Below are positions 1 to 13,675 of a stretch of 64,000 nucleotides of DNA, piece by piece (the stretch's first letter is position 1; each line of letters begins with the position of its first letter). The position numbers were made by a program, and so were the translations under genes. This DNA comes from the human T2T-CHM13v2.0 reference genome, Homo sapiens. The stretch is taken from NCBI RefSeq assembly GCF_009914755.1, contig NC_060933.1. One strand, 5' to 3'. The notes below the pieces were generated by a model, which saw only the letters and a program-made list of their open reading frames with translations, searched no databases and was not told the DNA's origin.

Positions 1-604
1 GCATAGCCAAAATTATATATCATAATATTATGAATAGCAAAGAAGCAAAGAAGGAATAATTCACCTCAAATAGCAAATAAACAAAAAGTGTCTTAAGCCC
101 ATAGTATCTTTTAGACTTCAACTGAGGCAAGCAAGCTGTTTGGCCCAAGACAAATATACATAATATCACAGTAAACCCAGAGCTAATAGAATACAGCCAT
201 AAGAGGCCCACATTGCAAACACACAGGCATCTGTAGCTAAAACTATCAAAGGGGCTTGCCCAGGGTACTTCACATACAACTTTTTGTTCCATCTTACTTC
301 ATTATAATGACAGCATCATCTTGAATGTGAGAATTTCCTCCTCAACCTTTACCTGCAAGTAAAAGATGAACCACTACTCATTTTCTAGTTGTACCCTAAA
401 ATGAATAAATAAGTCAAAGTTTCTACTGGCATTTAAATTATTTCTAAATATATTACTTACAAAGCTTAATGTATTATTTTAGTGATTAATAATTTCTGTA
501 CCATAAAACTTGTTCTGTATTAGTTATCACGTCTTTATACATCCACTGGTAATCAAGGACTTTCAGAAGAGAGTAGAATACAATCTTTATTTTATTTAAA
601 GTTT

Positions 605-700
605 AAATATATGTATTTAAGATACATATGTGTATGTGTGTGTATACATATATATGTGTGTGTGTGTATATATATATATATATAAATATAAATATAAAAT
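605..700. repeat. (TA)n/(TG)n low-complexity tract
   Basis: Alternating tatatg/tgtgtg/tataaa runs; these explain the ORFs 592-828 and 603-833. Confidence 0.85.
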
Positions 701-2669
701 GCACCCACACACATGAAGTACAGGACAAATGGGAACAGAAATGCCAAAACAATCTTTTTCCAAAATAAATATTTATAATAATTATAAAATAAATTATTAA
801 CAGAAAGTATACAAAGTGTGCTTTCCATTTCATTTTTAGTTTACTTATTTAGAAATGTTTTTGCATGTAAGCAAACCCAAATTCTGGTGATTATTATTAG
901 TATTGTTTTTGAACAATGAGGTGGTGCAAGAAGCATTGGAAAGAATTTCTTAGCGGTCTCTCTGGCATTTTTTGAAGTTCTAATAAGCTTTTATGTGGAA
1001 GTTAGCAGATAATTTCAGTTTAAGTGATTTGACTGATGACATCGACAAATATTTTAATGTCTTCTTTATAGTAGACATGTTATAGAAAAACTTTATATAT
1101 AAAAAGTTTATATACAGAAAACTTGCTAAAAAGTATTTTATAGTTCTTTACGTAGAAAAACTTGCTAAAAAGACAACACTATAAATATCTATGCAAATGT
1201 TATTATCTGTTCAAACTAGATGGTGGGTGTATGAATATCTGGCATCATTTTGAAATGTTTCATAATTAAGAATAAAAGTTGAAATAAGAATATATAACAA
1301 CGGTAAATGAAATATTGAAATTATTTTAAAAATATTTGTGATTCCCCATTTATCCTTATATAACCTTTAGCACGTTAAAGCATTTAAATGGATTATCTTC
1401 CATTTGTAGCCTTTTTTTTTTTTGTAGCTACAATCTCATGCCTGCTACTTTTGAATAATACAGTTCTCACTGTGAAGAGCGAGGTGAGAAGGAAGCATTT
1501 TTGGTACATGTAGAAAGGTGAAAATTAATTTTTCTAAAAGAGACAGTGTCATGCTTTTCAAAATAAATATTGTAGGTAAAACAGGAACAAGCTGAAAATA
1601 TTACGTCATTGTATCTTTATTCCATGCTAAGTTTAGAATGTTATTTTGCCTGGTAGTATTATTTTCTTTAAACGTTTAGTCAAACACACATTTTATTTCA
1701 CCTAACTTCTGTAAAGTAGAAGTAGGAAAAGAAATATTTAAATTATTGAAAAAACTGAATATGAAAATATGAGCCATATTCTGTTTTATTCCTGGTATGA
1801 TTTTTTATAAGAACATTTAGAGAAAGCCATAGTTTTCCCTTAAAAATGAAATGACATAGTATTGGATTGTACAGTTGTCTTTAGGTATGCATAAATTTAT
1901 TGAATGCTAAATCGGTTTCCAGAATTTTTCAACCTTGCCCATTCAGCCCTCATTTTAGGAACCGTCATGAAGCTTGTCTTAATTGAAAATACAGGCAACA
2001 ACACTAGCTGCTTAAAAAAAAAATCCCTCATGAGCTGTTAACATACAGAAAGTTAATCTCTGGCTCAGAAATAAGTCTTCCTTATCAATGGCCTTGTTCA
2101 TCTTTGAATCATCCATATTTTGAAGAATCAAAGGATTTCAGAGGTCTCTATGAGGAAGAGTGGTGGTTCTCAACTCCAACACACTAGGATGATATGGATA
2201 TATCTACACGGGCTTCCAAACAATTATTAGATTGTTATAGTACAATGCTTAGTTCTTGCTAACTCTGATTTTATCTCTTTCTCCTCTCTTGAAAGAAAGT
2301 GAAAGCAATGTTTTTTAACAACTTTAAGTTTGCTCTAATGTAAAGAGATAAATTATTCATACTCATTATTTGTAACCCACCTTACAATTTATAGAGACGC
2401 ACAACATGTTAAGTAGATAGAGGACTATATAATACCAACCCCCCATCACTAATAGTTTTATTCTAAGGAAAAAAGTCAGTTTACTCCCTCTTACCTGTCA
2501 ACCTGGTGATGGCTTCCTCATTGTGTGGGTTTAGGCTTTAGCTGAGTGGTGAGATGGAGTATGGAAAGGATCTATCTGACAGGATTCTGGGAGGGGCTGC
2601 TCTAAAGTGCTTTGTGGTAGAGATATAGAATTGGAACTACTACTAGGGTCTTACTGCTCAGTAAGACTC

Positions 2670-2760
2670 CATAGAGGATCAGCATCAGCAAGACCATTTA
2701 AAATGCAAAACCCTAGATGATACCCCAGACCTACTAAATCAGAATCTGCATTTTAAGAAG
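2670..2760. mobile_element. hAT-Charlie MITE fragment (MER5B-like)
   Basis: The string aaatgcaaa...ccccagacctactaaatcagaatctgcattttaa matches the MER5 core. Confidence 0.7.
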
Positions 2761-3368
2761 AGAGAGAGAGAAAGGACTTAGAGAAAACAAAAGGTAAAGA
2801 AAACATTGGTCTTTCTCAAAGATAGCAGGTCAGCTGCTGAAGAGTTCTGAATAGCACCCTAAATCCCAGCCATCCGTTCTTTACTCGAAATTGGACTTAT
2901 TCCTTCAAGGAATGCATTTATTAGATAAAAGGAGAAAAGTAAATAAATGATGGACTCTGTTTTGACACATTTTGAACAATGGCCAGGTACTTCCATCAGG
3001 AAAAGAAAGTGCTAGGGCATCCTGCTTAAAGTAAAGGACTCTTGTCATTAAGCTAGCACACTAAATTAGAATGCAATAGTGTTATTTTAGAGTGGTACAA
3101 GACACGTGTCAGTAATCCTTTTTCTGGCATTTTAGTGAGTGCAGTGGAAAATGTATTCAGGCTTTGGAATGAAGTGCATCTCATTTTTACTCTCCTCTCT
3201 GACACTTACCTTCATTAAATTTCCAAAATCTTTGTCCCTCCATTTGCATACCAGTAAAAATAGTAAAAATATTGTAATGTATAGCTCATATGGTACTGTA
3301 AAAATTAAACAAAATAATATTTATAAATTTGTTAGCAGAGTGCAGGGCACACCATTTATGTTTAAAAG

Positions 3369-3408
<40 letters not shown>
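3369..3408. repeat. (GA)n microsatellite
   Basis: About 20 GA units with one CA interruption. Confidence 0.95.
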
Positions 3409-3411
<3 letters not shown>

Positions 3412-3994
3412 GAGAGAAACACCAGTTCCATTTCCCTTCCTTTGTAATGGTGTTGCTGCACACCTAGTGTGTTCAGTATAGAACACATCAAAGACCGTCA
3501 AATGTCTCTGGGCTGTTGGTTTTAAGGCTGAAAAAGCCAGCAATGTTTGGAACCACATCAAGGATTCCAATCCATTCCCACTCCCCATCCGATGAATGAC
3601 TAGTTAAAAAGTCATGCCCCTGTGCATGTTGAATACAAGAAAAAACAAGTTTACAGCCAAGGCATACTTCTTAAATCCCTGTCCAGCTATGGAAAGAGAG
3701 CTAAAATCTAAGCAGATGTCCAATTGAGACCCAAATTATGAACGTGTGCATGTGTGTGTTTTAAAGAAAAAAATGCAGATTATCTTTATGGCCACGACTC
3801 ACCTTCCATGAAACTATCTGAAATGAGAACTGGCAGTCATAAGGGAGACATGTTGATATATCCAATATACTGAGGTAGAAGGCATTTGTGTGGCTAGGAT
3901 ATGTGAGAGGGTCCTTTTCTCCCTGCTGGGTTTTTTGTTTGTTTTTTGTAAATCTCTTGTGCCTGATACTTGCACAGATATATTCTTACGGTGA

Positions 3995-4237
3995 GACTTT
4001 CTCCCTGGGGAAGTTTTCCTAGACATAGCCCTCACCCCCATCCTCCCATGCTCAGTTGCTTTGTCTGCTGTTTTCCCATATTAAAAAAACAAAACAAGAC
4101 AACTCTGTAATATCCTTTGCATTGCATCTCCTCTGCTAGCCTTTCAGCGGCAAGTACTATGCTTTATTTTTCTTTGTTTTGTCAGCCTGACCCATTTCCA
4201 AACACATGGCAGGTCCTCGATAAATGCAGAAATGAAT
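3995..4237 (+). mobile_element. L2 3' end remnant
   Basis: Degenerate L2 terminus ending cacatggcaggtcctcgataaatgcagaaatgaat. Confidence 0.5.
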
Positions 4238-6109
4238 ACTCTGATCCAACATTTGCATTTATCAGACTTGGTATCCCATATGAAGTGTTCCATGAAAAAA
4301 AAAAAAAGAGAGACAGAGAGATGTTCAAGAAATCTTGGGCTTAAACCTCAGACCCATTAATAGGCTAACATGCATTGTATTTCTCAAACATTTTTGACCA
4401 TCAAAACCCACTCCCACATTTTTTAGAGTGTAGCAGGGCACAGTTTGCAAAACACAGCCCTAGTACAAACAAAAGCAGTCCAAACATTCAGCAATGGTTC
4501 TTTAATGCTTTCTAAATTACAGAGTGTAATAGCATTTTGACAAAACAGAAATCTCCGTGTAACCAAAAGATTCACAATACTAGATTTTTAACAACATTTA
4601 ATTCAACGGAATCCCAGTACAATGAAATAATTTAGACACTCCCTGGTAGTATTTTGTACGAGGATTTCACCTGGGTTGGATAAGAATCTGACTAATGTTA
4701 TTTTACCCAAAGTAAGCCAACACAAAGGGCAAAAGAAGGGAAATATTTGGCATAATATTTTTCCAGGCAATGGTATCAGCATAGTAAACTCAGTAATTAC
4801 AACTCTGGTTCTAGACAGGTACCCTATACTTTTCAAAAAGCTTTCTGTAGCATTCTGGGAAGATGGTTTGGACAATGGATAGCAAATGAGAAAAGTGATT
4901 GTATGAATCAAATTCCTGCAGGTAGTGATCTTTTATACCAGGTTTTCCTCCTGCTTCTTTTCTACCTTCCCTACCTCTCCTGCCTTCCCTGTTTTCACTT
5001 CTCCTCCTTTTATACTCTTCAGACCACTACTTTTCCCCCATTTTGTTACATCAGGGCTAGTGGATAATGCTAAACTAACACTCATTATAGTAAAGATGAT
5101 ATTAAAAATACATCACAGCTAGAATGGTACAGATGCTGGTCACCTAGAGCTAAAGGCAGCCAGAACTCTTGAGTGAGGTCTAGAAACCCCTGATCTGTCA
5201 GAAGCTACTGACTCAAGGAACAGGAGTGTCCCAGGTAAGGGGCCAGGAAAGCAAGAGGGGCACTGGAGGGTCCGTGGGGCAGTAGCTGTTTATGCAGAAC
5301 TATATCAATAAAGATATATAACAATATATACAGAACAGTACCAATATTTTACATACCTAGTCATATCAGTGCATGCCAGATGTATGTCACCCTTAGATTC
5401 AATAACTTTTTGTTGAATCCCTCCCATGTGCCTGGCATTATACTAGGCCCTGAAGACAGGTCGAAGAGCAAGATTTTTATCCTAGTATCAAATAAATTCT
5501 CTACATTATTGAACATTAGGTGATCAAGAGGTAAATCAAGATGCAGTTGTGACTTTTTTCTGTTTATCTAACTTAAACATCAACCCTAGTCTGTAATTAG
5601 GTTTTAGGCAGTGGGTAAAAAGGAAAAGTAAGGGAAAGAGAGGTTCAACTTGGGAATGGAAGCAAAAGAAAACGTTGCTGAGGACAAGGAGGAGTGCTGT
5701 GACATCATTAGAATGTTTTGACTCCTCTTTGTCTTTGGAAGGCATTTTCCCACTTTCAGAACCATCTTTGCTAAACACTCTGTTAGCATGTTTTTATTGA
5801 ATGTTTAATTAACATAACCTTGGAAATCATGGGGAAATTGTTTCTTGAACTCATCTTCAATTTAAAAGATAGAATAATAATACAGGAAAGTGTCTTTCTT
5901 TCCTATTCAGGGTATTAAAAAATAATGAATTTGTATCCTGTTTGCTTTGAAGTAACGAAAACAGTTATTGCTTATATAAAACTTGGTTATTTGAAAATTT
6001 ATTTTCATCATTTGAAATATACTTTGAAACTCAACCCACATCACTCTGGAAGATTTCAAAAGGAAAAGCTCATCACTGAGTTTCTTCTTCCAGGCAGGGT
6101 TCAAGCTCC

Positions 6110-6260
6110 ATTCACATGTAAACCTCACAAAAATGCTTTAAGTTGGAATCATAATCTCCATTTTAATGAGGAAATTGAGGTTCAGCTAAATTAGGTAGCT
6201 GACAAAGATGACACATGGCACATGGCAAAATCAGCACTTGACTCCAGCTCATAAGGCTCT
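6110..6260 (-). mobile_element. MIR fragment
   Basis: ctccattttaatgaggaaattgaggttcag is the reverse MIR core. Confidence 0.7.
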
Positions 6261-9200
6261 AAGTCAAGGAACTACTAAGTCGATCTTTCCCAACAAATTA
6301 ATTGCATTTCCTTAAAGTCTCTTACATCACCATGTAAAGTACCATCTCACCTAACTGCTCATTGAAAAACTCAGGAGAAGAAGAAAATTCAGATTCGATA
6401 CACAAAATAACCAGTTTTCTATGTAACTATTAGGTTACAAGCCATCATTCACCTGAGTGTGTTTTAAAGTTGAAACAGAACCTAATGTACAGAAAACAAA
6501 TGTCAAAGCTTCTTTAAAAGGCTAGTATAATCCATTATATATTGTATTTCTAATATCAAAATAAACTTTTATTGCCTAATGTGAATTCAAAGCAATCGAG
6601 TCTTTTTCGTCCAAAACAATACAATATGCAAACTTAACACAAGACTACTTTGTTTGCTTGTTCAAGTTTCTCTTAAGAATCAGTACTAAATTTATAGATA
6701 TATGTATACACTCATAGGTTAAAAAGTGGACTGTTTGCCAAGCAGGCTTATTCTCTTTCCTCCCCGACATTGTTTCTTCAGCTTTTTCCTCTTCCCTGCA
6801 CATCACTTTGGACAATATCCTTAAATATGATGAGAGCTTGACATGCGGAAATAAAAGCAGGATATAAAAACAGAAAATGAAAACTTTTATGAGAACGAAC
6901 AAAGATAAAAAAGTGTGTGCATATATAAATGTGTTAATACACAGTTTGTATAGCAGTCATAAAGTATGCACTCTGGCATAAAAAGATCTAAGAAGATAAT
7001 GGGAGCAAATAGTAGGAACAGCAAGATGATTGAAATGTATAAAATTACAAAGGGTAGAGATTTGTTCTCTGAATCCTAGAATCCATGAAATTATAAAGAA
7101 CAACAGAAAAAGCTATTTGTGGGTAAAATCAGGAATGAATATACAAGTGTGATAATAATTATAATATGTAAAATTTACCAGTTTTTAAAGAATAATTTAT
7201 GTTAAGTATAATCTAACTCTTCTAAAATGCCAAATACCATAGAGGTGTCATTTTGACAATTGAATATTTTGGTACCCTACATGGACATAAGTGCTTATTA
7301 ATGAGTTCCAGTTAACAGAATACTGAATAAATGCGCTTTTATTGAACACTATGCAAACCAGCATTTATTGTGGTTTTTAAGATAGATGGGAAGATGTTTT
7401 TCTTTGCACATAAGGTTGTAAACTCTTGAAGGCTTAAACACTGCAGTAAGTGCAGCCTGGAAAATGAGATAAATTGAAAAGTAATTTAGTTTAATTCATA
7501 AAATGAGCTATGATGGAACCTAGAGATATTTGGGGGAGATTTCTAGCTTTAAGAATAACAACAGAGGAAACACTAAGAGCAGCAAAGCACAAGGCTGATG
7601 GTATCCACTAGTTTCTAACATTTCTTATTTTCCTGTAATTAAGCTCTCAAGATTTATGTATACTAATGTGATTATGTGTAAATACCCATCATACTTCCAA
7701 AATATTTTAGGAGAAAACTGGATATACATTCATTAAGTTATATGCATTTCTAGAGGAATAATTTTTCTGTCTTAGTCCATATTAACATTTGTGAAGAAAA
7801 ACGATGAGAGTTTTTGGAATGAAATATATCTTCTAACCAAATTAGTTTTAGTTTTAGTTTTCTCATTTTAAATGCATCTAAGCAATAAAAATATGAAAGC
7901 AATTATTGAATCATAATGAAAGTGTTTTTTATTTTTAAAAAATATCTTGGAATTAATATATTAAAGCTTTGCTCAAACTAGATTAAATCACTGGATTTGA
8001 TATTAGTCCACCAACTCTTAACACATTCTTCACTTGTTAAGATATTGCTCTTTCTGGCATTTAAGAGAACTGTAGCTTGCTAAATTAATATGACATCATT
8101 CTTTTTCTCCACTGGTGTACAAATTCTGGTTTTCTAAGTGCCTTCTCAGAAATGCGTTGTTTTCATACTTTGGTTTGTCAGATTATTTTAAACAAAATAT
8201 TTTAAGATACATTTATAATACAAGTTCAACATTAAAGAACTTTAAGGGGGAATTGCAGAAAACTGGAGATGGAATGGGCCCAAGCAGGCTATCTAAAGGC
8301 CAAACTCTTGCCAAAATAAGTTACCTCTGTAGAGAACAATGTCATTTTCCTCTATTTCTTTGTATATTTAATTTTTTAAAAAATTATCGTGAATTCTAAT
8401 AGAGCTCACAAGTGGGATGTCTTTTTCATTTTCTTGTCTGCTTTTCAGATTACTTTTAGTAAGTATAATCAAAATATTACTTCACGTTTATTCTTTATGC
8501 ATACATTCTTCCTGTGTTTTTGGAGAAATAAACCTTTTACTGATATGATACGAAATGAGCAAATAAGAGGATTGCTTAGCTTTTCAATGACAAAGTAAGA
8601 GAATGGAAGAAAATCCAAGCAGTGGACTGAGAAATAGAAAGGCAAGTCTGTTTAAATAGTATTGCGTTTCACCTTATGTTGTTCAGTGTTTATCTCTTTA
8701 CCACTGCTAATACTCAAGCCACCCTCCCACCTCCACCAAAAAATATCTGGAATGTACAATATTTACCTTTAGAAAATCAGAATTTAAAAGATAGAAACAA
8801 GCACAATACTGCCAGTAACAAGGGGTGAGATTATTCTGTAGGAACATGAGAGGTGGTCAGGACCAGAGGAATGAACTTCGTTTAGAGCCATACATAAAGT
8901 AAAAGGCAAAGGAGATGATAATAAAAAGAAACATCATTGAAAGTGGAATGGAGGAGACTAGGAGAGTGGTGTTCAATTGGCAGATCATATAGAACTCCAG
9001 AGATGAAAACAATTCATTAGTAATTCATTACTCACTAGGTATCTAATATGTATCCTGCCTTCTACTAAACACTGGCTAAGAATACAAAAATGCAAGCTAG
9101 GACCTCACAATAACTTTGCTTCTAGGTGGAGAACACACTTAACTAGGTAAACAATGGTTTATCGTATTCTCTTTTGTGTTAAAGATCTGAAGAATAAGAG

Positions 9201-9594
9201 GAGTTGAGTGGAGTGAGCTAAGAAGACTGGCAACCTTTGCTAGAAGGTTAGGTTCCTACTCGGCTTTGCCCCCGGACACCTCTCTCTGTCACTGGTGATA
9301 ATACTCCCTTAGCATTTGGGCCCGTGTCATAGCAGAAAGTGATTTCTCTGGAATAACTCTGATTTTAGAAGATGATTTCAAGGACAAAAATCAATGTAGC
9401 TTACAGCACAATTAGATTGCTAGCTGTTACCAAATTCTCTTTGTAATTTATTTTGTAGCTTCTCTCTTTATTCACTGTAGCAGGAGAAAATACAGAGAGA
9501 GATGCTTTGAATATAAAAATATACCATGGTAAAAAACTATTTGCTAACAAATTTGGTTTACTTAACTGTGGAATCAAGTCAGGAAAATTGAACT

Positions 9595-9740
9595 GAGAGA
9601 AATCATAGAAATGATTTTATCTAACCTTCTCATTTTACAGATGAGGAAATAAAGTCTAATGAGATATAACAACTTATAGTCACATAACTCATTTCTGATA
9701 AAACCCCATGTCTACAGACTCCATGTTCTTACCTTTACAC
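9595..9740 (-). mobile_element. MIR (MIR3-like) fragment
   Basis: ctcattttacagatgaggaaa core. Confidence 0.65.
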
Positions 9741-10147
9741 CATACTGTTTCTCCTTGCAGTATTTTCCTACTTAAAATGACACTTTACATATTAATAACC
9801 TACAAACTTGGAAATTTCAGATTATGTTATAGTAGAAAGTGCTTAAGTTGGAGCTAATCAGCCCTGAACTGGAATCCTGTTCAGCTCAGCTACTAATTAG
9901 CTATAGAATTTTGACAAGTTGATTATTCATTCTCAACTTGTACTTATGATAGCACTTACTATATCTCAGCTACTTTTTTAAGTGCTAGGAAAGTGGCGAA
10001 CAAAAACTTACATTTTTGTAAAGGGACAATGACATACATGTACATAAATATTTACTGTGTCAAGTGTAATACATCTGGGAAGAAAAAGCTGGATGAGCAG
10101 TCAGAGAATGACAAAGTTTTATAAAAGGTATTATGAAAAGTCTCCAT

Positions 10148-10382
10148 GATAATAATAGCTAATATTTTTAGAGTTCTCAGTATATCCTAAGTGCTTTACA
10201 TATAATTGCCTTTAAATCCTCACATTATGCTATGAAGTAGGTCCTATTAATATCTCCCCTTTAACAGATGAGAAAATGAATGCCCTTAGGGGTTAAGTAA
10301 CTTACCCAAGATTATCCAGCTAGTAAGCAATAGAGCCAGTAGCTCTGGCTCCAGAGTGTCCTCTAAGCACTATTTGATGCTG
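10148..10382 (-). mobile_element. MIR, near full length
   Basis: aataatagctaa...aagtgctttaca...acagatgagaaaa...ttaagtaacttacccaag...ctagtaag...ctggctccagag. Confidence 0.85.
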
Positions 10383-10524
10383 CTTTTCTACTTAAAATGG
10401 GTAGCAGTGGAGCAGAGGGTTCTCTGAGTTGCAGTTTCCCTGCCCATAACAGGCTCATTTGAGAATTGTAAGATGAAATATACATTTAAAACATAGCTCT
10501 GCATCTGTCACAAACTAGGTTTTA

Positions 10525-10795
10525 TAAGTCAGAATTCTTTGGCTGCAATTTACAGAAACCCAACTGAAGATATCCTAATAAAAATTTTTAAAAATGTATT
10601 GTTTCATGTAGGCAAATTGCATGGGCAGGAGTAGAGTGAACATCAGAAGTAACTAAGGCCAAGGACTCCTCAAATGTAGACTTCCTCTCTCTCTCTTCAT
10701 CTCTGTGTGTTGACTTTATTCTTTCCTACTACAGAATGACTTTCTCCTTGTGATGGAAAGTATGGTTGCAGACTGCAAGTTTATATTCTTTCAGA
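10525..10795 (-). mobile_element. Old ERVL/MaLR LTR remnant (MLT1-like)
   Basis: agtcagaattctttggctgcaa..acagaaacccaact is typical of a reverse-oriented old MLT1/ERVL LTR 3' end. Confidence 0.5.
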
Positions 10796-10799
10796 TTTT

Positions 10800-11035
10800 A
10801 ACAGCTAATTAACGAGCCCTCACTGTAGTTAAGAGCTTTACCCTGAGTACCTGTACTCATTCTCAAAAGTAATGCTCACAACAACTCCATGCAGTTGGTA
10901 CATCTGTCATGTCCATTTTCAGATGAGGAAATTGAGGCACAGACATGTAAATAGTTTATCTAAAGCCACCAACTAGAAAGGGTCACAAATGTAGGCAGTC
11001 TGTTCCAGGGATAGTACCCATAAGTCAACATATTC
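10800..11035 (-). mobile_element. MIR
   Basis: ctcacaacaactccatg...ccattttcagatgaggaaattgaggcacaga. Confidence 0.8.
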
Positions 11036-12114
11036 TGCTTGGTCTGAGTTTTAAAATTAAATGAACTAAATTAAATTAAGGGCCAAAAACACAGTTTGGA
11101 TGTTCTAGAGACAGAATTTATACCACCAGCTCCAGCCAGCCCATTCTTGGGAACTAAAACCTTTGATTGACACCCTGTGGGTTCTACTTGACCTGTCTCC
11201 TGTTCTCTGCACATCCTATTTTGCCCACTCTAGAACTCTTCAATCTCTGCATTTGCTTTCTCTCTTCATTTTTTGGTACCTCTGCTGGACCCCTGCTTAA
11301 TGAATGAATCATCCTTTCTACCTGTGAGGCTAGTACTGAAATCATTTTTTCTACTCTTGAAGTTAGTGCTTAAATCAGGAATTGGATGAAGCTTCTTATG
11401 TACTATCAGTCAATATGTATAAAAGAAGTGAATAGTGTAGGTAAAAGGAACCAATTTCCTAAGATGGAAGGAAAGGAAGATGGCACGTGACAGTCCTAAA
11501 CCTCTAATGAAGGCATCTGGGGATGGAAGGGACCAGCTAAATCCAGAGTTGGGTCATTTATTTCCAGAAAATATTTGAGGCTTGCACAATTTTAGTCTTT
11601 CTGCTTCCCTCTTGATGTCACTTCATCTTAAATTGCATTTAATTTTTCATTTGCTGAAAATATGGACAGTAGTACACTTTGGTGAAGTAATTGTGCAACA
11701 GCATGACCAACAAAGGCTCAGAAATGAGTGCTGGGAAGAAAGAGAAATAATTGATTTTTATAGGAATTCTGCAGAATTGGTGGCCATATGTATAATTGGA
11801 AAGCTCCCCTTTACTTTGTGATGGCTAGACAGTTCAAATTTAGAATTCTTCATTACTCTTCCAGTAAATCTAATAGTCTATAACACTGAGTTTGGTTTTC
11901 CTCATAAAATAAACTGTCAAAATTATTTTATGGCAGTCATAAATATGAATGCAATAAATGGAAAATTTTTTAAATTGATGACCAAATGTGTAATTTAATA
12001 CACTCTACCTCTTCTAATGATGATCAATAATATAGACTCTCACATCTTGTTGTCTGTGACACACCCGTGAAGCAAAAACAGACCAGGCAAGTGGCTATCC
12101 ACGTGATAGCATAC

Positions 12115-12230
12115 AGGCTCTGAGTTCCTTAGGGGTACAAATGTTGTGTTATCCATTTTTGTATTCTCAGTGATGATCATGGTGCCTATCACATAGTAGA
12201 TTGTTCAATACAGCTTGTTGAATTACTTGC
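12115..12230 (+). mobile_element. L2 3' end
   Basis: gagttccttagggg...gtgcctatcacatagtagattgttcaatacagcttgttgaat. Confidence 0.65.
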
Positions 12231-12779
12231 TTCTGCTGAGATACAGTAAGGAAATAAGAGAGTAAGGGGAGGATGGTCCAAGTTCAAAGAAACTGAGTTG
12301 ATGAATGGGTGAAAAGGCAAGGCTAGAAAGTGGTAGAAAATGATACTTGAGGTTCATAGGCTAAAGAGGTTAGGAGAGCTAAGTAAGCCAAGGTGGCATT
12401 TATGGAGTGCATGAAAACCTTTGCTTAGATGGGACAAAAAGATTCCTCCTCTGCAGAGCCTGGATAGTGGCTGCTGGGTTGGAGAAGACCCACGCAAAGG
12501 GGCTGGACACTAGCTTAAGACAGTAAGTTGTTTGTTGGGATGTTTGTTTTCACCAGCCCTAGGCAGGTGGATTTAAAATAACTTCATGAAAAGGATCATA
12601 TGACAACATAAAAAAGAATTTGGAAAAAGAATGTATGAAGTCACTGATCCCATTCTCCATTCTCATTACTCCTGTATACTGATCAGCTGCAGGATCAGTC
12701 TTTAGCCTGGAGCCAGTCCCCATCATGATAACTATCATGGTGATGTTGATGACAATGATGATGACAATGATAATGCTGA

Positions 12780-13015
12780 CAACAGCTAACACTTATTGAG
12801 CACATATAGTATGCCAGACACTGTTCAATGTCATTTAATTTTCATATTATTTCATTTAATTTTTTCAAAAACTCTGTGAGATAAATACTAATATTTCTAT
12901 TTTACATAGAAGAACACTACGGCACAAAGAGATTAACTTGCCCAGGGTTGCACAGCTAGTAAGTGGAGAATTTTGGGCATTCTGATTAAAGAGCCTATGA
13001 TTTTAATCCTCATGC
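12780..13015 (-). mobile_element. MIR preceded by an (ATG)n-like low-complexity tract (12720-12780)
   Basis: acagctaacacttattgagcac...gccagacactgt...cttgcccagggttgcacagctagtaagtgg. Confidence 0.85.
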
Positions 13016-13249
13016 TATGATTTTTCATTTAAGCTCAGACCCAGGTGGGGTTTAAGAGTAGTGTTGGTGACTTAAGTTGAGTTCCCAGACTGCATGTGGT
13101 AAGTCCTGGACAGGTACCCATCCCATTTTTCTCTGCTTCCAAATCCATCCCACATTTGCTTTGTCTGTAGAAGTAAGTTTTCTGAAATCCCTTTCATCAC
13201 TATCATGCAGAACTTATTTCAACAATTGTAAAAAACAACAAACAAACAA

Positions 13250-13575
13250 AAAAAAACTGGTGGAAAATTGGGGACATATGGGAAATCTAAATACCAACTG
13301 GGTATGACATGATAAGGAACTTGTTAATTTTCTTAGGAGTGAATCGTATGTAAGAAAATGTCTTCAAATTTTAGAGATCCATACTAAAGAATTTAAAGGC
13401 TGAGGTAATGGTATCTGGACCTTACTTTAAAACAACTGAGCAAAGAGATAGTAGCCAAAGGAAATACAGTAAAATTATCATTATTAAGGCTAGGTGATCA
13501 ATATGTGGGGCTTTATTATAATATTCTCTCTACTTTGAAATGTACTTGAAATTTTTAATAACAAAGTTAAAATAA
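13250..13575 (+). mobile_element. L1M (L1MC4/5-like) 3' UTR end
   Basis: ttgttaattttcttagg...ttagagatccatactaaaga...attctctctacttt...ttgaaatttttaataacaaagttaaaa. Confidence 0.7.
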
Positions 13576-13622
13576 ATGTAATATTATGTGTTTCCTAATT
13601 CTGATACTATCATACTTGCCCA

Positions 13623-13626
<4 letters not shown>

Positions 13627-13670
<44 letters not shown>
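13627..13670. repeat. (TG)22 microsatellite at the position of the Alu tail
   Basis: Perfect TG run directly abutting the 3' end of a minus-strand Alu. Confidence 0.95.
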
Positions 13671-13675
<5 letters not shown>

